Below, one piece after another: positions 1-12,370 of a stretch of 64,000 nucleotides of DNA. The notes under the pieces were generated by a model that did no database searches, was not told the origin of the DNA, and was given only the letters and a program-made list of their open reading frames with translations. The translations under genes were made by a program, and so were the position numbers. Source of the stretch: Eledone cirrhosa (Eukaryota); assembly GCA_964016885.1 (NCBI GenBank), contig OZ024747.1, forward strand, positions 92,442,001-92,506,000, read 5' to 3'. Position 1 is the first letter of the stretch; every line of letters begins with the position of its first letter.

Positions 1-79
1 TTAACATGTATCACTTTGATGTCTGTGGGAGAATGGTTTGTCTTTCTCTGCTGAACTTATATATTTATTCTTTGACATA

Positions 80-232
80 GACAAGATGGTTGGATAACAT
101 CCATGAGTTTGGTTGGTCTCACTTGGTGAACCAGCCGGGGGACAGTTGCTTCTGACAGGACCCGCTGCTCCAACAACCCCTCAGGAATAAGTAGAAGAAG
201 AAGAGGAGGAGCAGGAGAAGAGGAAGAAGGAA
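80..232 (+). mobile_element. RTE-clade LINE extreme 3' fragment with GAA-rich tail
   Basis: 'agatggttggataacatccatgag...gacagttgcttctgaca' matches the RTE fragment at ~20078-20200 and is followed by a (GAA/GGA)n tail. Confidence 0.65.
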
Positions 233-489
233 ATTTACAAATATACAAGCGTCCATCAAACTTTTTATTGAGAAACACAAATATTAAACATATTTGATAT
301 GTTTTGATACCTTAAATGTGCGTGTGTATATATATATATATCAAGATTGAACCAGTTTTAAACTAGTTAGAACATTATTCAGGAGAGTACTCGACACTTA
401 GGATAGTAGAGTATGACTATATTAGAAAGAGTCGGGGCCCGACAGCTGAGCTGTTGCCATTTCAACAGCTTGTTCCAGACTATATATAT

Positions 490-810
490 ATCATCATCAT
501 CATCATTTCATTTTACGTCCGCTTTTTCCCTGCTTGCAAGGGTGGGACAGGAACTGATTCTGGCTTGATTTCTATAGCTGGATGCCCTTCCTAACACCAA
601 CCTCATTTACAGTGAGTGCTGGGTGCTTTTTTGCTGTGGCAGCTCAACGACCCCAGTCCCTATCATTTCATTTCTACAGCTGAGTAAACTGGAGCAATGT
701 GAAATAAAGTGTCTTGCTCAAGGAAATAACACATCACCCAGTCTGAGAATTGAACTCACAACCTTTCGATTGCAAGGCCAATGCTCTAACCACTGAGCCA
801 TGTGCCTTCA
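490..810 (-). mobile_element. tRNA-derived SINE (family B) with (ATG)n tail
   Basis: (CAT)n start, 'gctggatgcccttcctaacaccaacc', 'cagctgagtaaactggagcaa...gtgtcttgctcaagg' and reverse-complemented Pol III A/B-box head. Related copies at 3520-3900 and 21135-21478. Confidence 0.7.
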
Positions 811-867
811 TTGTGTATATATAATAGTAAAACACTGGAGAGCACTCAGTCCATGGGACGAGTTTGG

Positions 868-1009
868 TAGAAGTAGTTCCACAACAGTTAGTTCACCATA
901 CCAAGAACAAATGTTTCACCTTATGTGGATTCAGATCAAGCTGAGGATCCGCATAAGGTGAAACATTTGTTCTCGGTATGGTGAACTAACTGTTGTAGAA
1001 CTACTTCTA
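868..1009. repeat. Near-perfect fold-back (~63-bp arms) with hammerhead-like core, probable Penelope-like pLTR remnant
   Basis: tagaagtagttccacaacag...tatgtggat pairs with atccgcata...ctgttgtagaactacttcta. CTGAGGA at 941-947 and GAAA at 960-963. Abuts (TA)n. Confidence 0.75.
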
Positions 1010-1023
1010 TATGTATATATATG

Positions 1024-1535
1024 CTAGCAGAATGGCCTGGCGTTGCTCGGGCTTCTAAACATAGATTGGCATGTTTATCCCTCCTTTCTGAAACAGTACA
1101 GAGAAGTACGGAATATCTCGGCCTTGAGATGGTGTCTACATTTTGTGCTTAGGCAAAAAATTTTCCATTAAGATTTTTCAAAAGCATGTAATTGCGTTCC
1201 CTCTCTTTTTTGTTGTTGTTTTTGCTGCTGTTGGTGTGATAGCAGCCGTTGGTCGTACTACTAACACAGTCTCGTCCTTCTTCAGCCAATCGTGTATATC
1301 CCCTTCTGCCTCGTCTACCTAAACAATGATTGTAGCACTTCCTTGTACACAATGTTCCTTGTTCTTCCATGTAGGGTATATGCAAAGAGATTTGACTTGC
1401 TTCCAACTCTTGAGCAGCCAATGTATAGTTGTTCGTGTGAAAAACCTGACACTTCCAAAAGAAGACCAGCAACAGCTAGGGTCTGACCCTGGGATTTGTT
1501 GATAGACATTGCAAAGCTGACACGGTTCAGCGAAT
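1024..1535 (-). mobile_element. Helitron 3' end with Pif1-like helicase C-terminal fragment
   Basis: ORF 1315-1509 reads INKSQGQTL...FSHEQLYIGCSRV...TRNIVYKEVL, the RepHel helicase motifs V/VI and C-terminus. Minus strand ends in GC hairpin cccgagcaacgccaggc followed by CTAG (1024-1027). Confidence 0.9.
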
Positions 1536-1959
1536 GGTTCTTTCGTTGTCTGTTTCAAGTGCTCTTCTGGTGGCAATACGTTCAGCATCTTGCGATCGTC
1601 GAATAGCAGATTCCACTGACGATTCCTTTGCCCGCCTAGTTCTTTTTCTTGCCGCTTTCACGGTATTTCGGCCAATGGAGTATCTCTTCCTTCGAGGCAT
1701 GACCTAAAAGCAGGACGAAGTACACTAAGACTAACTGATAGAGTAAGGAGTAAACTCGTCAGTGATGTATGTGATTTCCGAACCGTTGACTATGTAATTG
1801 CTGGCCTTGTGCCAAAAATAGTGGGACTTTTTGGGTGGCATATTGGCAGTAACAATGACGATAAGCTGTCTGTGCTTTCGTGAAATAAATACGTTTGTTT
1901 ATATTTTGTTTTTGTGTGTGTAAAAATATCTGTACACGAATATATAATTATATATATAT

Positions 1960-2030
1960 ATTAAAATAACAGATTAAAGTTTAAGCAAAGAATCGCTGCT
2001 TTCACCTTTAACGGGATCTTCTGAAACTAA
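1960..2030 (-). repeat. Dispersed repeat end (Penelope-like), inverted copy at ~61220-61292
   Basis: 'aaaataacagattaaagtttaagcaaagaatcgctgctttcacc...cgggatcttctgaaact' is the reverse complement of 61222-61290; begins at a (TA)n tract. Confidence 0.6.
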
Positions 2031-2294
2031 AAAAATCAATCTGTGAACGCAGAAGTACATATTTTGAAAAGCGTTGCAACCAAAGGTAAACAGGAAGACT
2101 ATACTTTGGTTCGTGAAGACGTTTCCTGGCAATGAACGGAAAATAGCGAAGATAATACGTCAGCAATGAGAACAATCTTTTCATAATGTCGTAATGCAGA
2201 CAGTCAGACATACAGACATATATTATAAGGGCACGACGTTATAGCTATGTATCTATCTAAAAAGACAGACTAAGAAAGAGAGAGAGAGATCGCT

Positions 2295-2487
2295 AACTGG
2301 CGCCTAACACCCCTTTAACAACAGAAAATTGAAAAATAAAAGCTGCAGTTAATATCTTTAGACTGCAAGGAATATATAAATGCAAGTTTAAAGGCAATCG
2401 GAGTAGAAATGCGGATTTGTATAGACTTTGCAAAAATTAGGACACACACACACACAGAGAAAATTTCAGTTTTATATATATATATAT
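2295..2487 (-). mobile_element. Probable non-autonomous Helitron 5' end
   Basis: 'gcaagtttaaaggcaatcggagtagaaatgcggatttgtatag...acacacac...ttttatatatat' matches the usual layout of Helitron/HINE 5' termini. It may be the other end of the 1024 element. Confidence 0.45.
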
Positions 2488-2641
2488 TAGTTTATGGAGC
2501 TAGTCGAAGAGAATCGCGCAACTTAAACCATCTCTTACTTACTCACTCAATGATATAATAAGATTCGTATGTTAGATATACAATCCAATTACTCAGAGTA
2601 CACACATATGTTAATCAGTAAAATAAACAACTATATGTGGG

Positions 2642-2853
2642 TAATGATATTAGTATATTATATATACCAGGACTGTTAATGATATTAGTATATTATATAT
2701 ACCAGGACTGTTAATGATATTAGTATATTATATATACCAGGACTGTTAATGATATTAGTATATTATATATACCAGGACTGTTAATGATATTAGTATATTA
2801 TATATACCAGGACTGTTAATGATATTAGTATATTATATAAACCAGGACTGTTA
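2642..2853. repeat. 35-bp minisatellite, ~6 copies
   Basis: Unit taatgatattagtatattatatataccaggactgt repeats at 35-bp period. Confidence 0.95.
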
Positions 2854-2921
2854 ACGAGTTTCTCTGCTTTGGTCAACAATAGTTCCAACTGGAACCACTA
2901 TTCACAGTAGTTAGGTGATAT

Positions 2922-3211
2922 CCAAGACCGGATTTAATGGGGGGGGGAGCAAAGATGGCAATTGCCCCGGGCCCCCTGCAGTAGGATGGAGGTGGGGGGA
3001 GGTGCACCAGTGATAGCTGTAGCAATATATTTATGCTCTCAGCTGGGTTTTTAGTTTTAGGATGGTTAGAACTTTTGTATTTAATACCTGTATGTATAAC
3101 TTTTCAATTCCAATTACTTGCGCCAAGCTAACTTTGGTATGTAAAATTGAGGGTTTGCTGTGTATTCTATTTTTTGTGCCCCGGGCTTCCAAAGTCTATA
3201 TCCAACCCTGG
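2922..3211. mobile_element. hAT-type MITE
   Basis: Ends caagaccggattta / tatatccaaccctg with internal gccccggg motifs. Similar ends at 22437-22602. Confidence 0.5.
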
Positions 3212-3227
3212 TAATATCTGCAGACAT

Positions 3228-3306
<79 letters not shown>

Positions 3307-3514
3307 ATGCATGGTGATTTTTTTTAGAATACAGAGTATGGAGGAGTTTACATAAACTTGTAACATTCCAAGAAGTAATATCATCCAAGAAACCTTTACT
3401 TCGTTGACATCATGAAGAAGTTAATATAGGATTTGTCTCTTTACAAGTTTAATGAATTTCAAAGTATGGAAATGTTTCAATGACATTGACTATGAATACC
3501 TGACTTCAGTATAT

Positions 3515-3519
<5 letters not shown>

Positions 3520-3548
<29 letters not shown>

Positions 3549-3900
3549 CCATTTTACGTCTGTTCTTCCACGCTAGCATGGATTAGACGGGTTGTCCTGT
3601 TGTGGGCAGTGTCCGGTTGGCTGACCTTGTCTTGCTCATACGGAAACTGATTCTGGCTTGATTTCTACAGCTGGATGCCCTTCTTAACACCAACCTCATT
3701 TACAGTGAGTGCTGGGTGCTTTTTTTTTCGTGGCGCCTACACGACCACTTTACAGTGTGGGCTGGGTGCTTTTTTGCTGTGGCACCTCCACGACCACTTT
3801 GCAGTGGAATGATAGGGACTCAAGTCCTATCATCCAATTTCTACAGCTGAGTAAACTGGAGCAATATGAAATAAAGTGTCTTACTCCAGGAAACAACACA
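3520..3900 (-). mobile_element. SINE family B copy with internal duplication
   Basis: Homologous to 490-810; 'tttacagtg...gctgggtgcttttt' occurs twice. Confidence 0.65.
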
Positions 3901-3928
3901 TCATATATATATATATATATTAATTCAA

Positions 3929-4418
3929 AATATTAACAAAATAGATATTCTTGTGATCAATTATATTTTATTATACATATTTCAGAGGTACTGAGTTAAG
4001 TTTAACAGTACGACCTCATCAGATAAAATAGGATGATGCATGACACCTATTAAATATATTATCACATCAGCTGTTTCTTCCTCTATGCTTTCCTTTCCCT
4101 CCTCTTTCTTCAGTGGGTTTTTTTTTTAAATTTTAAATGTTATATTGATGCCATGTATTTTTTAAGCTGTATTACACACACCCTCTCTATTGTTTGTATT
4201 ATGTTATCTCATGTTCTCAATATTAGGGTATAAATATTGAGTTTTGTCATATGTTAATTCACTACCATGACTGAATCTTAACCATCTACTATGTCAGGGT
4301 ATGTCATGCATCATCCTATTTTATCTGATGAGGACGTACTGTTAAACTTAACTCAGTACCTCTGAAATATGTATAATAAAATATAATTGATCACAAGAAT
4401 ATCTATTTTGTTAATATT
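3929..4418. mobile_element. Penelope-like element remnant: 117-bp inverted pLTR arms around a 256-bp spacer
   Basis: 3929-4045 is the near-exact reverse complement of 4302-4418. Each arm holds a hammerhead motif; the remnant lies between (TA)n tracts. Confidence 0.8.
4317..4383 (+). ncRNA. Type I minimal hammerhead ribozyme motif
   Basis: Helix I tattttat/ataaaata; CTGATGA 4325-4331; helix II gtactg/cagtac; GAAA 4364-4367; quasi-palindromic TATGTA; AUA cleavage triplet. Mirror copy on the minus strand at ~3964-4030. Confidence 0.75.
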
Positions 4419-4529
4419 AATAACTCTGGAAAACCTTTTCTCTGTTGAGTGCTTCTAATCTATTGTAAAACTCATTCTTTGATGTATTCATTGAACCTTG
4501 TTTAACTTTTAAATATATATATATATATG

Positions 4530-4877
4530 ATGGCTGTAAACTCTGCTAAGAGTGTTGCAATCGCTTGTCAGATTATAGAGTTTGGTGGACTTTTAGGCTA
4601 CGGCCAGCCACACAAACCTGTAACAGATCTTGAACAAGCAATACCTGTGCTTTGAAGGTTTTTAAGTGGGGAAAGGCCTTGCACTTGACCAATCCCACTC
4701 TCTGAGCATCGAACACACTACCTGAAAAGGAGAACTGGTCAACATCATCGGATGTTTCCGAAGCCACAGGTTTTTTTTCAGAGCTTACCTCTCCTAGAAA
4801 GGTGTTGTGACAAAACTGAGACCCTTTCACTCCCAGGTTAAAAAAAAAAAAAAGTGCTATTTGGATGGCCGTTGACT
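4530..4877 (-). mobile_element. LINE 5'-region fragment (RTE-like)
   Basis: Minus strand carries 'agtcaacggccatcc' and 'ctaggagaggtaagctctga', shared with 55705-55720 and 55860-55885. Confidence 0.4.
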
Positions 4878-4880
4878 ATA

Positions 4881-5678
4881 TACGGTAATCCCCCGCTATA
4901 TCGCGGTTCACTTTTCGCGGTCCTGCTACATCGCGGATTTTTTTTTATTTTATTTTTTAACGTATATAATTTCCTATTGCGGTAATCCCCGCTACATCGC
5001 GGATCTTTCGTTAGAACATATCTATTTTCTTATGACGGTACGTACATCTGAATAAAAAGTGTTTAAGATTTAAACTTATTAAATAGGTTTCGATGTGATT
5101 GAAGTGTATAGCGTAAGGAAGGGGCATGTTTTTATTTTTCATTCCATTACTGTTTTACTGATTGTGTTTTTCTCTAATCTACTATAAACCCTCCCTAGAT
5201 TGACGGGAGATGTGCAGTGTATTACCAAGCGGCTACCGTGGCTAGTAATGGTCGTCATTGGTAACTAGTGGTACGATCGTTACTGACTGTTTTTAGTGTT
5301 TAAATACAAAAGTATGTTTTAATGAGTTTATTTGTACTTAAAGCATGTAGGGGAGGTATTTTAACCCTTTAGCATTTACATTTCCCTATATTTACTTTTA
5401 TATTTTCATGGTAAACACTTTATTTCACATAATTATCTCACATAATTATCTCACATAATTATCTATGAGATTTTGATATTATCTATTTGGGGAACAATAC
5501 CTTAACATCAGTATGAGCAGCCGGTTTCAACAGAAAGAGGTGAGAGAATTCTGGCCGGATACGGCCAGTTTAATTGCAAAAGGGTTAAAGCTTAAACTAT
5601 GAAAACAAAGGTTGTCTATATGGTCTCTCTATATCGCAGATTTTCATTTATCGCGGTTGGTTCTGGAACGTACCTCCT
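4881..5678. mobile_element. pogo/Tigger-type non-autonomous DNA transposon, right end truncated
   Basis: TA|cggtaatcccccgctatatcgcgg left TIR with repeated atcgcgg subterminal motifs; right subterminal 'tttatcgcggttggttctggaacgtacc'. Confidence 0.65.
5365..5584. mobile_element. piggyBac-type MITE nested in the pogo element
   Basis: TTAA target duplication at 5361-5364 and 5585-5588; TIRs CCCTTTAGCA / TGCAAAAGGG. Confidence 0.8.
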
Positions 5679-5679
5679 C

Positions 5680-5841
5680 TGCGGTAAACGTGCGTACCAC
5701 CACATATTTACACATTCAGCCTCCGGAATCCTCTCCCCCCACCCCTCTATCCACACACGCACACGCACTCTGACCTACACCCCACCCCACACACACCTCT
5801 TCCTGAACATGCAACCCCGTTCTTCCCCCAACCCTTGCTTT

Positions 5842-5874
<33 letters not shown>

Positions 5875-6223
5875 CACCTTCAGCCCTCCCCGCTCGGACA
5901 CCCCGTCTCCCTCTCCCCACTCCACCCGCCACCACCCCTACACGCCCCACATCCTTCCACCACCTGTTTTACCCCATTTTAATTTTATTTTGATCATGCC
6001 TTTATTTTTAATTTCATTTGCACCGTTTCCTCTCACCCCCTTTTTGCTATATGTCTCTCCACCACTCCCCTACACACCCTTTGAACTCTCTTCCTACACA
6101 CTTTTCACCTGAAGAAGGGCTTATGCCCGAAACGTCGTTCCCCACCATCACCCCACTCTCAAGAGCGTGAAATTAATAAACCTTTGTTCGTACTGCCTCT
6201 CTGTTTTGTTCCCGTTCAATTTT

Positions 6224-6228
<5 letters not shown>
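5680..6228 (+). mobile_element. Penelope-like 3' fragment with hammerhead motif
   Basis: C-rich 3' region, CTGAAGA-agggc-ttat-gccc-GAAA-CGTC at 6109-6136, AATAAA downstream, then (TA)n. Confidence 0.7.
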
Positions 6229-6273
<45 letters not shown>

Positions 6274-7644
6274 GTATTTCCGGAGGAAGGCTAAAGGAAA
6301 GGAGAGTTCTCTATGTATGCTACAGAGCTATTTAATTATGTAATAAACAACATAAGACAATTATTCCATTTACCAAAGGTTTCACGAAGACAGACGAGCT
6401 CAACACAGACATCTGAAATCGCTCATCAGAATGAAAATTGTTTTATGTTGTTTATTACATAATTATATATACATATATATATGTGTGTGGTGTGTGGTGT
6501 GTGTGTATGTGTGTGCGTGTGTGTGTATGTGTGTGTGTGTATTAAAGACAATGTCTCATAATCTACAATATATATATTCATCGTTTAAATCTATCTGTTC
6601 CGGTTTGCATTATTCACTCTGTGTATGTTGGCTTTCGAGTAATTTCTGTAGAAGATGAAACACGAAACTCATTGAAAATGAAATAAAATGCTTAAATACA
6701 GTTCCTTCAGTGAAAATTATAACGATAATTGGAGCTATGGCAAAACGATTTTCTTTTTTTTTTTTTTCTTTTCTGATTTAACTCAAACTAAACTTAAAAC
6801 TGATGTCACTTAAATTTTGTCTCAGCTGAAAAGCTGTCCAACTCTGGGGATTTTCTCTTAACAAAATAGATAAATAAACAAACAAAGCGTGTTCTTTCTT
6901 TTAAAATTGTCATTTAATTCGCTATTTGGATTGAAACGAAAATTTTTCCATTATGTCTCTAGCTTCGTTTAGAATTTCACATTCATATGTATTTACCACA
7001 AGCATTAATTCATTAAAGTAAAAATTTCAATTAGAACTATATATTTTACGTTGTTTTAAATGTCCTTTTGAATTTCTTGAAAATATCATCTGTTTTAAGT
7101 TTAACTACTTTCGCTTTATATCGCTAAAAATAATCAATAAGATTATTAATTCCATACATAAATGACGTTTTATTCTCTTAAGCCTTATATTAGGAACACA
7201 TAACATTATTTTCCAATATTCTTTAATGTTGTTTAAACAAAACGCTTCTAAGATGGTATATCAATTTATTTTATGGAAATTTATGTTATTACATAAACTT
7301 ACGAATGCATTATAATTACCAAACAAGACTTTAAATGTATTTACATTTTTAAAAATATATTTCTTCTTTTATTGCCGGTAATGCATTATAACAATACTGT
7401 AACTTTTAGAAGCTGCTTTTATAGAAGTTAGAACATTCTGTCATTAAATAGACAAACAGCAAGCATGCTCATTGAATTGAACAGGGTGAAGGCCAGCTTT
7501 TAAATTCATATATTTTCTCCGGTTGTTATCTATCGTATCTCAATAGCGGACTTTAAAAGTTACTCCTTTGCAGATATTCTCCAACTACTTTTTAGTATGT
7601 AAAATATGACACAATATTAAACAGTGTAAAAGAAATAATAACGG

Positions 7645-7860
7645 TTTCTTATATAGGCACAAGGCCAGCAGTTTTGGGGAGGGGAAAGTCGATTAAATCG
7701 ACCTCAGTACGTGACTGGTACTTTATTTTATCGACCCCGTAAGGATGAAAGGCAAAGTTAACCTCGGCGGGATTTGAACTTAGATGATAAAGGGCCGTAA
7801 CTCTATGCTGCAAAACATGGCATCCGACCCTCTACTTGATACTGCCAATCCACCGCCCTT
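7645..7860 (-). mobile_element. tRNA-derived SINE family A (representative copy)
   Basis: Reverse complement of 'gttcaaatcccgccgaggttaactttgcctttcatccttacggggtcgataaaa...gtaccagt'. Further copies near 8490-8830, 9500-9580, 13135-13295, 13450-13675, 22125-22300, 26620-26740, 57420-57565, 62470-62610. Confidence 0.85.
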
Positions 7861-8031
7861 GTAAAAGAAATAATAACGAGTTTTAGCTGTAAATGTTGGC
7901 ACACAAATGAAAAATAAACTTCAACTGAAATATTCACTGTTATAGTTACTTTACTTTATATATATATTCAGATCGGTTATCGCCGAAAGTTCTGGGTAGA
8001 ATACTATATATTCTTTTATTGTTTTACTATC

Positions 8032-8133
8032 TTAGACTGCAGATTTTACAGTATAAATACGGTGTACCACTCCGTCTTGAGTTCGGAACGTCTTCTGCAC
8101 AACCGGGTCTGCAGTCACTGGAGTTCTTCGTAC
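8032..8133 (-). CDS. Terminal coding exon of uncharacterised gene (VRRTPVTADPVVQKTFRTQDGVVHRIYTVKSAV*)
   Basis: Acceptor ttgttttcatttcag|GTA in phase 0, matching the donor at 15480; 33 open codons then TAA; AATAAA at 8020-8015. Confidence 0.7.
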   Translation of the reverse strand, partial: VRRTPVTADPVVQKTFRTQDGVVHRIYTVKSAV

Positions 8134-8836
8134 CTGAAATGAAAACAATCGATAATAAGTGATTTATTTGAAATAATTTGGAAGAGGCTATGTATCCGGT
8201 AAGAGTGTCAGACACCATCAGTTGCGACCCGAGTTAAAACAATTTGAAATATTTTCCACCATCAATTGTTAAAAAACAAGTTAAAATCATTTAGTCGTCC
8301 ATTCATAACGTACGTTACACATATCTACACGTAAATACATAAACAGATACAGCCAACAGAAGGAAGGGGGCTGGTGAAACACTAGAGCGATGTGTGTTGC
8401 GTCCTTTTAGGGTTTACCGGTTACATAGCCTATTCGAAATAATTTCATATGATATTCAAACTGAGATAAAACGCTTTCCATTTTTGTGGCATATAGTTTC
8501 GTCCCTTTACGTTCTGAGTTCAAATCCCACCGAGGCTAAGCTTTACCTTTCATCCTTAAGAGGTAGATAAAATAAAATACCAGTAACATACTGCAGTCGA
8601 TTTAATCGACTTTACCCTCCCCTCAGAATTGTTGGCCTTGTGCTTAAATCAGAAACCATTAAATATTTTAGGAGGAGAGTAAAGGCGATTATATTAACCC
8701 GATACTTGATTGGTACCCGATATTATCGAGCTAAGAGGGATAAAAGACAAAGTAGACCCTAGCGGGATTTGAACTGAGAACGTAAAGAGACGGAAAAAAT
8801 ATTGCAAAAACATTTGTCCGACGCTATAACGACTCA

Positions 8837-8907
<71 letters not shown>

Positions 8908-8917
8908 CCCCTCCCCC

Positions 8918-8956
<39 letters not shown>

Positions 8957-8964
8957 GTATGAAA

Positions 8965-9270
8965 ACATGGCGTGCTGCGTGGTTGCAAATGGGTTACATA
9001 TGAATAAATTTAGTCTTTTCATCAGTGGTCTTCCAACCTTCATTGGTATTTCATCGCTTTAAAGACCATATACCTCTGGTTGGTGCGAGCAACGGCTAAA
9101 GAAAGTCGTTGGGACACGTAAATAGGGGGAACGAGCGAGACAGTAAACAAACAAAGATGGTAATGCAACGAAAAGTGAGGAAGAAGGAGTCAAGTCCTTG
9201 AAATCGATGAACATAAGTTCTGTGAAATCTTAGATGAGAGAGAATAAAGACCATCGGACCTGGTCGAATA
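8965..9270 (-). repeat. Dispersed repeat, inverted copy at ~60270-60535
   Basis: 'gctgcgtggttgcaaatgggttacatatg...ggttggtgcgagcaacggctaaa...gtcgttgggacacgtaaata' matches the reverse complement of 60375-60530. Both copies are bounded by microsatellites. Confidence 0.75.
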
Positions 9271-9764
9271 TATATATGTGTGTGTGTGTGTGTACCTCCC
9301 TCCCCCATTATACATGGTCACTTATGAAAGTTTGATTCTTCACTTGTTCTTAAGATTGAGATTGGGAGTTGGCGTGAATAACAATAGTAGTAGTAGTAGT
9401 AGTAGTAGTAGCAGCAGCAGTTACCAAACATAGTAGTAATAATAGTAGGGGATGTTTGGCGGGGAATGGTGGGATGTAAGCCAGCGTTCGTTCCACCTTT
9501 CTGTTTCCTGAGATCAAATACTGCTGTGATCAACTTTGCCTTTCATCCTTTCGCGGTCGATAAAGTACCTCTCCGGTACTAGGATGATTCTATTTCTCTC
9601 TCTCTCTCTCCCCGTGGAAGAAATCGGCTGTCCAATCCCAGAGAGAGATGATGGGCTTACCATGTATGTAACGACAACGACCCTGCTATTCCATCGGGAG
9701 TTAAGGATCCATAACGTAGCAATGGTAGTGTATAACATAGAAGATGTAAGACGATCATGTAGAT

Positions 9765-10109
9765 CAGTGCTACTCAAAGTGGTAGTCCGCGGACCGGTGC
9801 CGGTACGCGAGCCATCAGCGAGAATCATTTGAGGAATTTGTTTCATTGCCTTTTTATATGTTTTGATATTGTATTATTTGTTTACAAAATAAATAGAAGA
9901 TAAAAAAATGGTCAACTATTATTATATAAAATAAAGTACCAGTAATGTACTGGGGTAATTGGTGGCTTTGTGCCTAAAATAGAAACAATTATATTCATTA
10001 TATATATCGTTTCCGGTATAAATTAATATTACTACGAAATATTAGCGGTACGTGGCACATTGAAAAAAGAAATGCCGGTCCGCCACATCAGATAGTTTGA
10101 GAAGCACTG
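9765..10109. mobile_element. hAT/Charlie (MER5-like) MITE with an internal SINE tail fragment
   Basis: TIRs cagtgctactcaaa / tttgagaagcactg; internal gcggaccgg...ccggtccgc; imperfect flanking duplication (..tagat). Confidence 0.7.
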
Positions 10110-11029
10110 GTATAGATCACAAATTTGTGGTTATTTTAGGCGGTGAGTTAAAGTTATACCTGAATACCCTCCTACAATCAGCGGCGAGTTAAACTTATGA
10201 ATACCCTCCTACAATCAGCGGCGTGCAGAGCTCTGGTGATGCCCGGGGAAAATCTTGATTGTATGCCCTCTATTTTATTAAACAGTACTGAAGCGTATAA
10301 GGCTTAATACTGAGAAATATTATGAGAAAGGAAAACATTTTGAATATATAAACACAGATGAAACATCAAATAAACGCTTTATTCGATTTTAATATAAATC
10401 AATCAAATTTATAAAGTTCTTTTCCCCAAATGATGCCCTCATCCAAAGGATGCCCGGGAACAATCCCCCCCCCCCCTCCCATCCTGCACGTTACTACCTA
10501 GAGTATCCTTGTCTTCTGACTTGAATATATTCTATCTAGATATGGTCTGGATGTCCTGATGCAGTTGCTTCATGTTCACACTAGTCCAGCAGTCGCTAAT
10601 ATTTCGGACCTTATGGATCACTAAATTCTTAATTTTAAATCCCGTGGATCACTAATATGAATTTTTTAAAAAAGATAAAATACATTTGTAAAATAATGAT
10701 CAGTGAGCTTCTATTATATTAAACAGTACTGAAGCGTATATGTGTCATATTGTCGATAGATGATACATATGTATAAAATTCTTTCATGGATGTTAGTTCT
10801 TTACTAAAGAGAAACATTTTTTAGGGGTGTTATAAAATATATTTTAACCGAATATTATTTTTGGTTTATTATTAATAAAACATAAAAATTGCAAATAATG
10901 TCCAAATTTTTCTGCGGACCACCACAATTTTCTCAGGGATCTCCAGTGGTCTAAAATTGGTCTATTCGAAGTAGGATGAGAGAGAGAGCCGTGTTGGTAG
11001 ATGCAAACGCCGTCACCTTAACGATGCCG

Positions 11030-11500
11030 GATACCACCGAAATCTAAGTAGTTGGTACCATTCTAAAGGAATGTGGAACAGTGAGAAAATCAAAGCTTAA
11101 TGCAGCAAAGTTGATAGACTTGCAGCACGGTGCCCAGAATGGAAAGTCCATACCGTTCATGCTTGAGGTATGGTCGATCCGGACATCCAGGTGGATAGGA
11201 AATTGGAGGATGCAAGCAGGGTGGCCAGTCTCATCCATACACGGGATAAAAATTCGAGCACAGGTAACAAACAGGTGTGTAGCCTCCAACATATATTACC
11301 TCCTGACCACCGTAACTTACCCTAGTTTTTTTTATCTGATCTGATCAGTAACGTAGCGTCTTCTCTTTCGTTCTTTGTGAAAGGGATACAGTTCACTAGT
11401 TAGACAGGAAGTCTGCTGCTAACACCTTCTGCTCGGACGACTGGGTATACCTTGACCAATGATGTGCACACATGTATTGAGGTTGCGACATCTACAAAGA
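11030..11500. repeat. Dispersed repeat fragment (probable LINE), second copy at 14510-14640
   Basis: 'catccatacacgggat...cgagcacaggt.acaaacagg...agcctccaacatatattacc...cgtaacttaccctagttt' occurs at both loci. Confidence 0.55.
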
Positions 11501-11734
11501 ATCCTAGACGGTGTGTGTGTGTGAAGGTGTGGCTGCCCTTTATCATTCACGATTTATAACCAGAACGGTTGAATAAGATCGGCTAAAGTACCTTTGGAAA
11601 CGGGAAAATATCTGGACAGAGACATCTGCGGGGGGATTGAACCACGCATCTCTCGTCCGCAGGCGTTATCTGTCCATTTTGTTCTGTCTCCAGGGCGGCT
11701 TTACTTGGTTTGATTCAACCATTATTTATGGTTA

Positions 11735-12370
11735 GCAGGTGGATTGGCAGTATCGGTAGAGGGTCGGACGCCATGCTTTTGACGCATAGAATTACGGCTC
11801 TTTCCATTCTGAGTTCAAATCCCGCCGAGATTAACTTTGCCTTTCATCCTTACGGGGTCGTTAAAATAAAGTACCAGTAATGTACTGGGTAATTGCTGGC
11901 CTTGTGCCAAAAGTAGAAACAATTATTATAGTTATCTGCAGTGTGGCTACTATACTTTGAAATATTTATTCAAAATTTTTAGATCGGCAGTATCGGAGAG
12001 AGTCGGACGCCATGCTTTGCAGCATTTAGTTATGGCCGTTTACATTATGAGTTCAAATCCTGCCGAGGTTAAATTTGCCTTTTATCCTTACGGGGTCGAT
12101 AAATTAAAGTACAGTAATACACTGGGGTAATTGCAGGCCTTGTGTCTAAATTGGAAACTATTATTACGATCATTATCGTTATCACAGGTGTATCACCATT
12201 CATACAATTATCCCCCACTCTCACTACGTTTTTATGTCGTTTCCGCCGGTCTGAGTTCAAATCCCGCCGGGGTTAACTTTGCCTTTCATCCTTACGGGGG
12301 TCGATAAAATAAAGTACCAGTAATGTACTGGATAACTGGTGGCCTTGTGCCAAAAGTAGAAACAATTATT
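11735..12370 (+). mobile_element. Cluster of three tandem SINE family A copies
   Basis: 'gagttcaaatcc.gcc' B-box-like core at ~11811, ~12050 and ~12253, each followed by the same tail. Confidence 0.85.
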
